Origin: Nitrosopumilus sp.
GTDB lineage: Archaea; Thermoproteota; Nitrososphaeria; Nitrososphaerales; Nitrosopumilaceae
DNA: 64,000 bases
Direction of reading: 5' to 3'
Assembly: GCA_965224195.1 (NCBI GenBank)
Contig: OZ245040.1
Location: 1,184,001-1,248,000, forward strand
The translations under genes were made by a program, and so were the position numbers. Shown piece by piece: positions 49,891 to 58,987 of this stretch; within the stretch, counting starts at the first letter, position 1, and each line of letters opens with the position of its first letter. The notes below the pieces were generated by a model. That model did no database searches. It had not been told where the DNA came from and worked only from the letters and a program-made list of their open reading frames with translations.

Positions 49891-52367
49891 TCTTTCTCTT
49901 TCCCCTCCTTTTCACTTGCCCTTGTATCGGCCGCGCGAATTACTGCCTCAAGCAATGCCAGCTTGAATGGTCCGTATTCTTTTAGCAAATTTAATGTCAT
50001 TTTTAACCACGATGGTTTACCGTCATTTGTGTTTCCTATTCTTGCAATATCTACAGTTATGTGTATTTTCTCTGACACGTTTTGTGTGAGGATCTTTTCT
50101 TTGTTATTTTTTGTTTTTTCATTTTTGTCTGATAAAAATATTGGAACATCTTCTCCTTTTTCCATGTCTATTCCTAAAAGGTACCTTTTATCATGTTTTT
50201 CCATGTTTCTCTTTGTTGGCATAGTTCTCATTGACAACCTGACCTTTCCATGATGTGATGCAATCAGATATGCCACGAGTTTTAACTCTGGCAGTTCTGG
50301 TTTTATGTTCAATACTGCCAAAGCGCTTATTGCCTCATGACGATAGTTATCAATCTCATGCGATGGTGAACCACTACCTCTTTTTGCCCAAAATGTATCA
50401 TTTGTAATATTACTATCTTTGACATTTTTCAACATTGTGTTCTGAAATACGTGATGTGCCTTGCCAATATCATGATATTCTGTAACACATTTCATAATGT
50501 CTTTTAATTCCTTTAGGTAATTTGTCTTGTCGATTATATCTTCTACTTCTTGGATCACATGCACCGTATGATCATTTAGGGTCACCCATTTCTTATTGTA
50601 CGAATCTGGATCATTATTCATTCCATCTCTTTGTGATGTGTCTGCACTATCTTGTTCTTCCACACTTTCGTTGTTTTTTAGATCCCATCCGATTTCATTA
50701 GAGTATCCGCCATCATTACTATTAATCAAGATTATTTGTCCAGGATATATTGTACTGATCCGCTCCCAGTTACCATCTTGTGCATTAAATGTCCAAAGTC
50801 TGATTTTTTCTTTCTTTCTAAAATCATTTATTTCACCTATTGGTACACTGCATATCTCATCATTAGATATTGTATTTTTTGGAGGTGACTCTTCCTTATT
50901 CCACTTTCTCCAAATGACTGATACGTCTGAGGACATCTCTAGCGCTCTGACATACATGGAGATATCCGTGTGATTCCCAGACATGTCTGGAATTGTGTCA
51001 AACAGCCCTATGATGTCTGGTTCTCTTATCACAGATTCATGTGTGATTTCTTTGCTTTGTGATCCAATTGTGCTTGGTGATACAGAACTATTGTATTTTT
51101 GGGCAAGTTTTTCCTGTACCTCTTCCATGTCTTTGTCTTCATATGGGTTGTATCTCTTTTTATCCAATTTTATTATGCTGATTGTAGAGTCATCATAATC
51201 GCCTTTTCGGTTACACCTTCCAAATCTTTGTACCAAGCTTGGCCAAGGTGCAGTTTCTGTAATCATTGTTTTGGCAGAGATGTCTACACCTGCTTCCACT
51301 ACTTGTGTGGATACAATTATCATATTTTTTTGATCAGACTTTGCTAGTTCTTCTAATTGTTTGTTCAGTTTCTGCCTCTCTTTCTTTCTAAATCTTGAAT
51401 GTATTAGCATGCAGTCATCACCCATGCTTTTTTTAATTTCTTTAAATATGCTCTGTGCTCTTTTTACCGTGTTAACTATAATCATGGTAAGTGTTCCCTC
51501 AACATGCTTTTCTCTGATTAACGCCACTTCATTTTTCGTATAATCATCCTTACTTATGGTTAAATCCATCTCTACAAGTTTCTTTTTAGCATTGTTTCTC
51601 TTTTTAAGATCTGTGTTGCTTGAATCTTCATCACTTAATTCAAAATGCGTACATTTTTTACTGTCAAAATCTATCGTGTCAAGCCACTGTGGATTTACAG
51701 TTGCAGACATCCATACTGTCTTGTGTGGACCATACGTGCCAATTTTATTTCTGAATGCTTCTAACTGTACAGATGTTGCAAGGCCATTACGCATTAGTTG
51801 AATCTCATCCATTATCCACAGACAGTCATTGTTTAGCAGTCCAAAATCCCTTGGCCATTGATATGGGCTTGCGGCATAGCCCCTGTTAAGTGCTCTTGAG
51901 AGAAGCATGTCCTGAGTGCCTACAATTATCATGCTTTCTTCTGGATTCATTATGTAATGCCGATCTACGTCACCACCCATCATTATAACCACTTTAATTT
52001 TATCTTCTAGTCCAAGTTTCTTTATCCACTCCTCGATTTTTCCCACGGTTTGCTCTACTAGTACGCGCATCGGTAGGCAGTATACTAGTCTTCGTGGAGT
52101 GTCTTGACGTATTTTTTCATCTGAATTTAAAATCCTCCACAAGTATATTCCTAAAACCGCTGCAGCTGTTTTTCCGGCACCTGTCGGTATGTTAAGAATG
52201 TCTGGAATGTCCTCCGAATCTGACAGTTTTTGTTGATAGGGATAAGGAGTAAAACTTGTGGCTTTTTTAAAAAATTCTTCAAATGTACTCGTAATGTAAT
52301 CACTCATAGTAATTAAATTATGATTACAAACATAAGCTTTTTGATGTAAAATCAGTGAAAAATTCAC
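49887..52367 (-). CDS. cas3: Type I-G Cas3, SF2 helicase with C-terminal HD nuclease (likely start MSDYITS, ~52307)
   Basis: PTGAGKT, DEIQ, MSAT, STQVVEAGVDI, QRFGRCNR; C-terminal HD motifs TLNDHT, HDIGKAH, SHHG, AAD. Confidence 0.93.
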   Translation of the reverse strand: MNFSLILHQKAYVCNHNLITMSDYITSTFEEFFKKATSFTPYPYQQKLSDSEDIPDILNIPTGAGKTAAAVLGIYLWRILNSDEKIRQDTPRRLVYCLPMRVLVEQTVGKIEEWIKKLGLEDKIKVVIMMGGDVDRHYIMNPEESMIIVGTQDMLLSRALNRGYAASPYQWPRDFGLLNNDCLWIMDEIQLMRNGLATSVQLEAFRNKIGTYGPHKTVWMSATVNPQWLDTIDFDSKKCTHFELSDEDSSNTDLKKRNNAKKKLVEMDLTISKDDYTKNEVALIREKHVEGTLTMIIVNTVKRAQSIFKEIKKSMGDDCMLIHSRFRKKERQKLNKQLEELAKSDQKNMIIVSTQVVEAGVDISAKTMITETAPWPSLVQRFGRCNRKGDYDDSTISIIKLDKKRYNPYEDKDMEEVQEKLAQKYNSSVSPSTIGSQSKEITHESVIREPDIIGLFDTIPDMSGNHTDISMYVRALEMSSDVSVIWRKWNKEESPPKNTISNDEICSVPIGEINDFRKKEKIRLWTFNAQDGNWERISTIYPGQIILINSNDGGYSNEIGWDLKNNESVEEQDSADTSQRDGMNNDPDSYNKKWVTLNDHTVHVIQEVEDIIDKTNYLKELKDIMKCVTEYHDIGKAHHVFQNTMLKNVKDSNITNDTFWAKRGSGSPSHEIDNYRHEAISALAVLNIKPELPELKLVAYLIASHHGKVRLSMRTMPTKRNMEKHDKRYLLGIDMEKGEDVPIFLSDKNEKTKNNKEKILTQNVSEKIHITVDIARIGNTNDGKPSWLKMTLNLLKEYGPFKLALLEAVIRAADTRASEKEGKEKD

Positions 52368-52418
52368 TAGGTATATAACGTATATCGTAAAGTATCTTTT
52401 TGGAATTAATATGTGTGA

Positions 52419-54302
52419 TTATTTGTTTTGTTGCCCGTATGCGCCAACTCCAAATATGTATCCGTCATAGGTTACCACCCATGATGACTTTGACTCTGTA
52501 TTGTTTGTGACAGGATTTGTCCACATGTACTGCACCCATGCTCCGTTTTCTGTGGACGCATCAAGTATTGCCTCGCCTACGTTTGTGCCAGTGTCGTCTT
52601 TAAGAGTTGTAATGTCAACACCGATCATTGAATCATCTGCACCATGAAATACGATCATTTTATCCTTGATTACAAACAGGTATGTCTCGGCCTTTGAAAA
52701 TTCTTTAATATTAAGATCTTTTATTTTGACTTTATTTTTATGCTGTTCTATTGCATCTGCAACCATCTTTTGAGCACGTAGCTGGCTCTCGTGGTATCTG
52801 TCAAATAAAATCCATTCTTGATCTTTTATCTTGTAAATGTCAAATGTGTCCTGCATTCTGTCTCCAGACTCGTCTAGTTTGAACTCCCCTGTGGCCCCAC
52901 TATACTGTGCCACAACACCTGGTATCATATCTGCAATCTTTGCAGTGTCGCCGTCTGCCATCTTGGCTGCAATTCCTATTATCTGTATTGCGTCATATGC
53001 AGGATACGCGTATGAGATTGCCTCTACCTTGACCATCTCTTTTATGTGATCTTTGACCCTGTCGTATGTGGGATTTTCAATATAATACGTGTGTGGGGAT
53101 GTAAACTTTACACCGTTGACAATCTCTGACATGTCATCCGTTACCATTGTATCGCTTTGTGAGTTGACATCTGTTCCATACCATCTTGTAGACTCCCAGT
53201 TGGGCATTTCTCCAAACTCTTTGAGTATCTCTGATGTCTCATCAAAACCTATCATCATTACCCCGATGTCTTTTTCTGACTCTATCTTTTCTACTGCATC
53301 TGATATCAGATTTGCAATAACTTTGGCGTCATGGTCATCAGGTTTGTATGATATGGTATCTGCTATCTCTATACCGTCAAAATTGGTTGCAGTCTCTTTG
53401 TTAAAGTCATTACCCCATGTGTCGTCTCTATGAACATTAATCACAGCATCTATGCCGTCGGCTCGCATCAGTTCTGCAATGACTTCTACTTGCTGCCCGT
53501 CAGTGGATCTCATTCTGAATACAGAGTCATCTTTTACAAGTGATGGCGCAGTGGAACAACACGATACTATGGTCATGTCGTTTTCTTTTGCATACTCTAT
53601 TATAGCTGCCAGTTCCATACTGCTTGACGGACCTGATACGGCCTTTATGTCATTTTTATTAAACTCTTTTACTGCTTCAAGTGCCTTGGTGGCATTAGTC
53701 GCCGTGTCTATTGCCATCAACTCTATTGAAAATACTCCCTTGTTCTTTGCATTAAATTCATTTATGCTCAAATTACTGGCTGCCATCAACTGGTCTCCCT
53801 GGGATCTCAAATCACCTTCCTTTGTATACATGAGACCTATCTTGAATTTCTTAATCTCCTCCGTTTCATTTGTTTTTAATTCTTTTATTGTCTCTTTTTC
53901 CAGCACTTCTGTGTATGTCGTTTTGTCATGCATACACTGTCTTGGCATGGATTCCATTGGTGAATTACCTGCAGCCAGACACTGGACAAAATTCTCTACT
54001 CTAAACTCTGCCCATCCTCGCTTGTTTATCAACTCACTCACTGATGTGGATTTTATGCAGACTGGCGTGCCATCTGCCACCTTAAATGCCCTGACTAGTT
54101 GTTTGGGGCATGCGGTATCTGATTTGACATCTTCTTTGTTTGCTGTGTATGATACTTTGTCCTTGTTGTACTCGTCAGTTTTTTGAGATTCCTTCATGAC
54201 TGGGTGCTCTTTTACTGCCATAGGATCCACCATAGCCCATGCTGTACCAACTAGAGACATTAAAACAATTACTGATACTGATATCGTAAATAAATTCATC
54301 AA
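52419..54302 (-). CDS. Secreted branched-chain amino acid-type substrate-binding protein fused to a C-terminal single Cache domain
   Basis: Signal peptide; FKIGLM...DT...GPSSS...STAPSL...FRM...DDTWG...AYDA...GATG; C-terminal YLFV...HG...WVQYMWTNP...KSSWV...YIFGVGAY. Confidence 0.85.
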   Translation of the reverse strand: MMNLFTISVSVIVLMSLVGTAWAMVDPMAVKEHPVMKESQKTDEYNKDKVSYTANKEDVKSDTACPKQLVRAFKVADGTPVCIKSTSVSELINKRGWAEFRVENFVQCLAAGNSPMESMPRQCMHDKTTYTEVLEKETIKELKTNETEEIKKFKIGLMYTKEGDLRSQGDQLMAASNLSINEFNAKNKGVFSIELMAIDTATNATKALEAVKEFNKNDIKAVSGPSSSMELAAIIEYAKENDMTIVSCCSTAPSLVKDDSVFRMRSTDGQQVEVIAELMRADGIDAVINVHRDDTWGNDFNKETATNFDGIEIADTISYKPDDHDAKVIANLISDAVEKIESEKDIGVMMIGFDETSEILKEFGEMPNWESTRWYGTDVNSQSDTMVTDDMSEIVNGVKFTSPHTYYIENPTYDRVKDHIKEMVKVEAISYAYPAYDAIQIIGIAAKMADGDTAKIADMIPGVVAQYSGATGEFKLDESGDRMQDTFDIYKIKDQEWILFDRYHESQLRAQKMVADAIEQHKNKVKIKDLNIKEFSKAETYLFVIKDKMIVFHGADDSMIGVDITTLKDDTGTNVGEAILDASTENGAWVQYMWTNPVTNNTESKSSWVVTYDGYIFGVGAYGQQNK

Positions 54303-54426
54303 GTGTTCTACAATATTTACCCGTTTATTACTTTTACTTTTCTAAGAAACTGGTAAGTTTACGGTAGATAATTCTTCTTGGAAAGTGTCGGTAGATGGTT
54401 TTATGAAGTTATAGTAAAACTGGCAC

Positions 54427-54567
54427 TGTTAACTTTTAGGGATCTCTCCATATTGCTGTTAACTCGGGACATGTAAATTTTCTCCAAAATCTTACTAGGT
54501 GTTAACTTTGTGATTTGATATCCTGTTCAGAATAAACTATCATTGTTTGGAGTGTTAACTTTGTGAT
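54427..54567. repeat. Four TGTTAACT motifs, two extended to GTGTTAACTTTGTGAT
   Basis: TGTTAACT at 54427, 54457, 54500 and 54553; identical 16-mers at 54499-54514 and 54552-54567. Confidence 0.7.
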
Positions 54568-54976
54568 CTGGTAATTTGGACATGAACTAATAATGGTGTT
54601 TGGATAAGTATTCTAAGATCAGTTTCAGATCGAAATATTCCTAGTCGGAAAGGTTATTCAACACACTAGTCTAACAATAGCTAGTCAAAAGTATCTGCCG
54701 TGGGGATCTGCCATTAATGATGAGCTGCACATGTTTCTTATCTTCTAACAGATCCTTGGTTATCAATGCAATTGCATGACGCAGTCTGATTGGCGTACGA
54801 TTCATTGGAAAACTGTCAGAACTGATTGTCCTTTTCTAGCCATAGTATCAATTGGCATTATTGAATGCAATGCTAGGTTTTCTGTATCATCTTTGACTAT
54901 CTTGCCATGCCTACAAGTTCTGCATCTAGGTTGTGTTCTGAGTCCCGTCTACCATTCTCCTAAATCCATTCTGATT

Positions 54977-55088
54977 TTGTGTCTCTTGCAAGGACACTGC
55001 CATCGCGTTACATCTTGGCAGGAACATCCCGTCCATTCACTACGTCATATTGTGTCTCTTGCAAGGACACTGCCATCGCGTTACATCT
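54977..55088. repeat. 39-bp direct repeat x2 with a 34-bp intervening sequence
   Basis: TTGTGTCTCTTGCAAGGACACTGCCATCGCGTTACATCT at 54977-55015 and 55050-55088; internal GTGTC/GACAC stem. Confidence 0.85.
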
Positions 55089-55478
55089 CTTGCATATCTC
55101 AAATGATCTTTCGGGTAATTTCATAGTACCTGATTTTCTACTTTGTGCAAATGTATGAAGTAAAGGTGTTCTACGTCTCCATCCACGTTTGTATTTGGAT
55201 ATAGTAAAACCAGTCCTCCAAAATTCGATTTATAATTTTGGTTATTTTGTGATCTACGGATGCCTTTGGTGAGATTATGATTTCCTTGCAATGATCAGGT
55301 GTTTTGATGTTTACAAATTTTATGTAGTCTTTAAGATGGAACAAAAATGCTTTCTCGTATAAAAACGCATCATTCAAAATATCTTCAAAGTTTTTAAATT
55401 GTTTTACATGTCCTGCAGTCACGGCAGGAGTAGTCTTAAAATTGGAATGTATTCTAATATAATTATAATGCATGATGG

Positions 55479-56470
55479 TACTCTGTCGAACAAATCATTT
55501 CTAACTAGTTTTTGATTTCATTCCCTCAAGCACCTGCAAACAGATTGTACAGCTCGACTTTTAATTTTAATTCCTTTGCCATGTATTTTCTTTTGTGAGC
55601 CATGACATACTCACCAAACATCCTTTTGAATGTTGAAAACACACACTCTACAATCCACCTGTCCCCATAGCTGACGCTGCGCTTCCACAAATCCAAATTA
55701 TACATTTGAGCCAAGACTGATTTCTTTCTCGGATAACATTTTGTTTTGAGAGATGATGTCTTTCTAACTTTGATTGCAGGCAGTGCATCTGTGTTGTGAT
55801 ATAGATATGAGAAGTTGTTTTCTGAATCATATGCGCCATCAGCTAGAACCTTGATTACATTTCCTTTCTGTGATGCCTGCTGTACCAGTTCTGGCAGATG
55901 TGCAGCATCATGGGATGAATCATCTGTTATTTTCAGTGAAACTATTTTCTTTGATTTGACATCGGCACCAACATGGATTTTTAGAAATCCTCTCCTCATG
56001 TGCCATTTCTGTCTCATCCATTCGCCCCTGTTTGCAACCTTGATTCCTGTGCTGTCAATTGCCAAAATGATTTCATTATTATCTCCAATGGAATCATCAG
56101 TTTTGATGTCAAGCTTGTTTATTCTCTTGTGGATTGATGTGAAATCAGGAACTGCTGGAACTCTATTACAATATGCACGTATCATTCCTTCTGTTTGTCT
56201 GAATGGTAATCCAAAATAGATTCTAGCATAACCCAATAATTTCATGAATGAATCAGGATAGTCAAACTTTCTACCTCTTTTGTTGTGATTCATGACCTCT
56301 AATTCTTTATGCCAGTTATCAATAGCATCAAATGACATTATGATCTCGCCTCTTCTGACTAGTTTTTCATTGTATTGATTCCAGTTAACCATGAGAATGG
56401 TCAGAATGTGAGATCCAAAGCTATTGTTATGAAATAAAGTTGATCAGATTGTTATTTGTTCGACAAAGTA
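55479..56470 (-). mobile_element. IS5-like insertion sequence, copy 2 (992 bp, inverted relative to copy 1)
   Basis: Same terminal inverted repeats; flanking direct repeat CATGATGG at 55471-55478 and 56471-56478. Confidence 0.92.
55526..56392 (-). CDS. IS5-family DDE transposase
   Basis: Protein identical to 29552..30418. Confidence 0.93.
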   Translation of the reverse strand: MVNWNQYNEKLVRRGEIIMSFDAIDNWHKELEVMNHNKRGRKFDYPDSFMKLLGYARIYFGLPFRQTEGMIRAYCNRVPAVPDFTSIHKRINKLDIKTDDSIGDNNEIILAIDSTGIKVANRGEWMRQKWHMRRGFLKIHVGADVKSKKIVSLKITDDSSHDAAHLPELVQQASQKGNVIKVLADGAYDSENNFSYLYHNTDALPAIKVRKTSSLKTKCYPRKKSVLAQMYNLDLWKRSVSYGDRWIVECVFSTFKRMFGEYVMAHKRKYMAKELKLKVELYNLFAGA

Positions 56471-56673
56471 CATGATGGTATAATATATCAAATTCCTTAT
56501 TCCTTCACCCCACTTCCACTCTGAAGAATTTCTAAGTGCATTCCTCTTTAGTGTTTTCCATGATCTTTCAATGTGGTTGTTATGGTTTGATCCAACAACA
56601 TATGCTGTGTCTTTTGTCTTTGATCTTATGCGTCTGTGCTCAACACTTTCATATTCAAAATTTTGCATTATTG

Positions 56674-56970
56674 CTAATTGATTTGATAAAATTCCACGGG
56701 ATGGGTAAATTGCCTATAATGATCCACCTCTTTCCAAAATCTCTCTTCATCTATGTTTTTACCTTCATCAATCCAAACATTTAGAATTTTTTGCATAAAC
56801 ATTTGTGTACTATCGTCAATTTGAGGTCTAATTCCAGTTTCTTTTTCAATTCTATCTCGCTCTTCTTTGAATTTTTTTAGTAATTCTTTGAGTTGCTTTC
56901 CATTTATCTGAGATGCTTTTTCTCTTTTGGCTGACTGAATATCTTTTTTAAAATTTGATAAAAATCCCAT
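56674..56970 (-). CDS. Conserved hypothetical protein
   Basis: 98-aa ORF. Confidence 0.6.
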   Translation of the reverse strand: MGFLSNFKKDIQSAKREKASQINGKQLKELLKKFKEERDRIEKETGIRPQIDDSTQMFMQKILNVWIDEGKNIDEERFWKEVDHYRQFTHPVEFYQIN

Positions 56971-57276
56971 GTAAAATTTTGCTAATTCTATGATTAAAGG
57001 GTTACAAACACTATGATGAATGCAACTGCCACTATTACTATTGATATTTTCATAAATGACGACATAATCTTAATTCAATTATAATATAATCCTGGTTTTA
57101 AATATTATATTTTTGGAAGATTACCTGTTTTATCTAAATTTGATTTACACACTTTACAGTAAAGTCTTATTTCTTTTGATGGGAATTCAGTATTGCAGTT
57201 TTTACAAATAAAGAATTTCTCTTCATCCATATTTTTATTCATGATGTGGTGAACTTAAGAGTATTGATGAGAGATC

Positions 57277-57585
57277 TTATCTAGCAGGTCTTTTAAAACC
57301 TGGTTTGATTATACAATTGTCTGCTGAAGATTTCTGAGGTTTTTTATCAGACATATTGTTTTTAGATTTTACTTCATTTAGATTTTCTTCAATCTTGTAA
57401 ACTTTATCAAGTTTTTTTGGTGTTTCAATATTTTTTGCAGGAATAATGTTTGTTGGTGAAATTTTCTTCTTATTCCTATTTCTTGGTTTTTCTGTGTTTG
57501 TGGGTTTTTTATGTGTCCACGTAATATTTTTAACATTTGCAGATGATGATTTTTCTTTATTATAATCTCCTAATGATTTAACCAT
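57277..57585 (-). CDS. Basic low-complexity hypothetical protein
   Basis: 102-aa ORF. Confidence 0.5.
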   Translation of the reverse strand: MVKSLGDYNKEKSSSANVKNITWTHKKPTNTEKPRNRNKKKISPTNIIPAKNIETPKKLDKVYKIEENLNEVKSKNNMSDKKPQKSSADNCIIKPGFKRPAR

Positions 57586-57622
57586 AATTTACAATCTATA
57601 TTCAAGACATAAAAATTTTGAT

Positions 57623-57874
57623 TTATTTTCTACTTTCATTTACTTGGTTGATTACTGATTGCATGCAGTCATGACAAATTACTGAATCTCCATTCATTTT
57701 ACGAATATTTTCATGGTTTTGCAATTCAGAATCATATGTTGCTGCAATAATTATCTTATTACTCCACACTTCAAAATCTTCTTTCTTTTTTCTACAGACT
57801 ATGCATTCCATGAATTTTAGAAATTTTATGTCAACATAAGCATGTTTATCTCTAACAGAATGGCTAAAATTCAA
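57623..57874 (-). CDS. Small Zn-binding protein (likely start MECIVC)
   Basis: CIVC and CHDC. Confidence 0.55.
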   Translation of the reverse strand: MNFSHSVRDKHAYVDIKFLKFMECIVCRKKKEDFEVWSNKIIIAATYDSELQNHENIRKMNGDSVICHDCMQSVINQVNESRK

Positions 57875-57934
57875 ATTTATTTTTGAACTTAATCTTATTG
57901 GAATCTAAATAAATGGGTCTAACGCATCTAATTT

Positions 57935-58987
57935 ATGAAAAAGGTCTTTGTGAATGGATATGGTTCCATTGGAAGTAGAATTGCTTCCTTCCTAAAAGAT
58001 GATCCAGAAATTTTAGTTATAGGAATTGGAAAATATTCTCCAGATAATAAAGTGGACGAAGCAATATCTAAAGGACTTGATGTTTATGTTCCTGAATCAA
58101 AATTAGACTATTTTTCAAATTATAAAATTTCAGGCTCTATTGAATCTGCATTGGATCAATCAGATTTAGTTATTGATGCCGCACCAGGTGGACATGGTTA
58201 TAAAAATAAAAAAAATCTTTATGAACCAAAAAATATCCCTGCCATTTACCAGGGGGGTGAATCTACAATCGGCACTGAGGCAGTATCTGAATTATTATTT
58301 AATTCTAGAGTAAATTATGATCAAGCATTAGGAAAACATCATGTTATGCAAGGAAGCTGTAATGTTACTGGTATGGGAAAGATTTTAGAGCCATTACGAA
58401 ACAAATTTGGTGATCAATTAGTTCGATTTGATGTTACTCTAGTAAGACGATGGGCAGATATTGAACAAACTGAAAAAAAATTATCTGATACAATAGAAAT
58501 GACTGAAAAACCACACCATGGTGATGATGTTAAACTTTATTTTGGAAAAGATGCACCATTATACGTTCGCGCAATCAAAGTTCCTACTAGACAAATGCAC
58601 TTACACATCATGGACATTAGATTCAAAGATACTGCACCAAAACCTTCTGAAATTCATGATGTATTTACAAATGAATTTGGTGTTGCAACACTTTGGACTG
58701 CAAAAGGGACTAAGGATGTTAGAGATTATGCTCAAAATATGGGCTTTAACTTTACTGATACCAACATGATCCACATTCATGCAAATATGACCACATCCAT
58801 TGGAGATACTGTACAGATGATGTATTCTGATGATCAAACTGGGATTGTAATTCCAGAAAATCACATGTTAATGCAATCTATGCTTTTTGAAAAATCTTAC
58901 AAAGAAGCATTTACCCACACTGAATCCATATTCCACATGATGGAGAAAAAACAAAAACTACAGGAACAGTTTGCTAAAAATAACTAA
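57935..58987 (+). CDS. gap: Archaeal type II glyceraldehyde-3-phosphate dehydrogenase
   Basis: VNGYGSIGSRIA, YQGGE, GSCNVTG, HHGDDV, IVIPEN. Confidence 0.92.
   Translation: MKKVFVNGYGSIGSRIASFLKDDPEILVIGIGKYSPDNKVDEAISKGLDVYVPESKLDYFSNYKISGSIESALDQSDLVIDAAPGGHGYKNKKNLYEPKNIPAIYQGGESTIGTEAVSELLFNSRVNYDQALGKHHVMQGSCNVTGMGKILEPLRNKFGDQLVRFDVTLVRRWADIEQTEKKLSDTIEMTEKPHHGDDVKLYFGKDAPLYVRAIKVPTRQMHLHIMDIRFKDTAPKPSEIHDVFTNEFGVATLWTAKGTKDVRDYAQNMGFNFTDTNMIHIHANMTTSIGDTVQMMYSDDQTGIVIPENHMLMQSMLFEKSYKEAFTHTESIFHMMEKKQKLQEQFAKNN

Larger units (their letters stand above)
55171..56668 (-). pseudogene. DDE transposase remnant (IS1595/IS6-like motifs) split by IS copy 2
   Basis: Removing the IS and one target duplication joins ...YVVGSNHNNHIERSWKTLKR...LIYYTIM to HYNYIRIHSNFKTTPAVTAG in frame. 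Confidence 0.7.

Noticed and set aside
45037-54186. Plus-strand ORFs opposite the cas and SBP genes (e.g. 48560..49078, 53452..54186)
   Set aside because: Antisense shadows of well-supported genes with Ser/Phe/Leu-rich composition.
29474-56470. Composite transposon mobilised as one unit
   Set aside because: Each IS has its own target duplication, the outer flanks do not match, and the interval includes core genes such as purC.
42964-56668. CRISPR-associated transposon (CAST)
   Set aside because: No TnsB, TnsC or TniQ; Cas3 appears catalytically intact; nearby transposases are IS-type or decayed.
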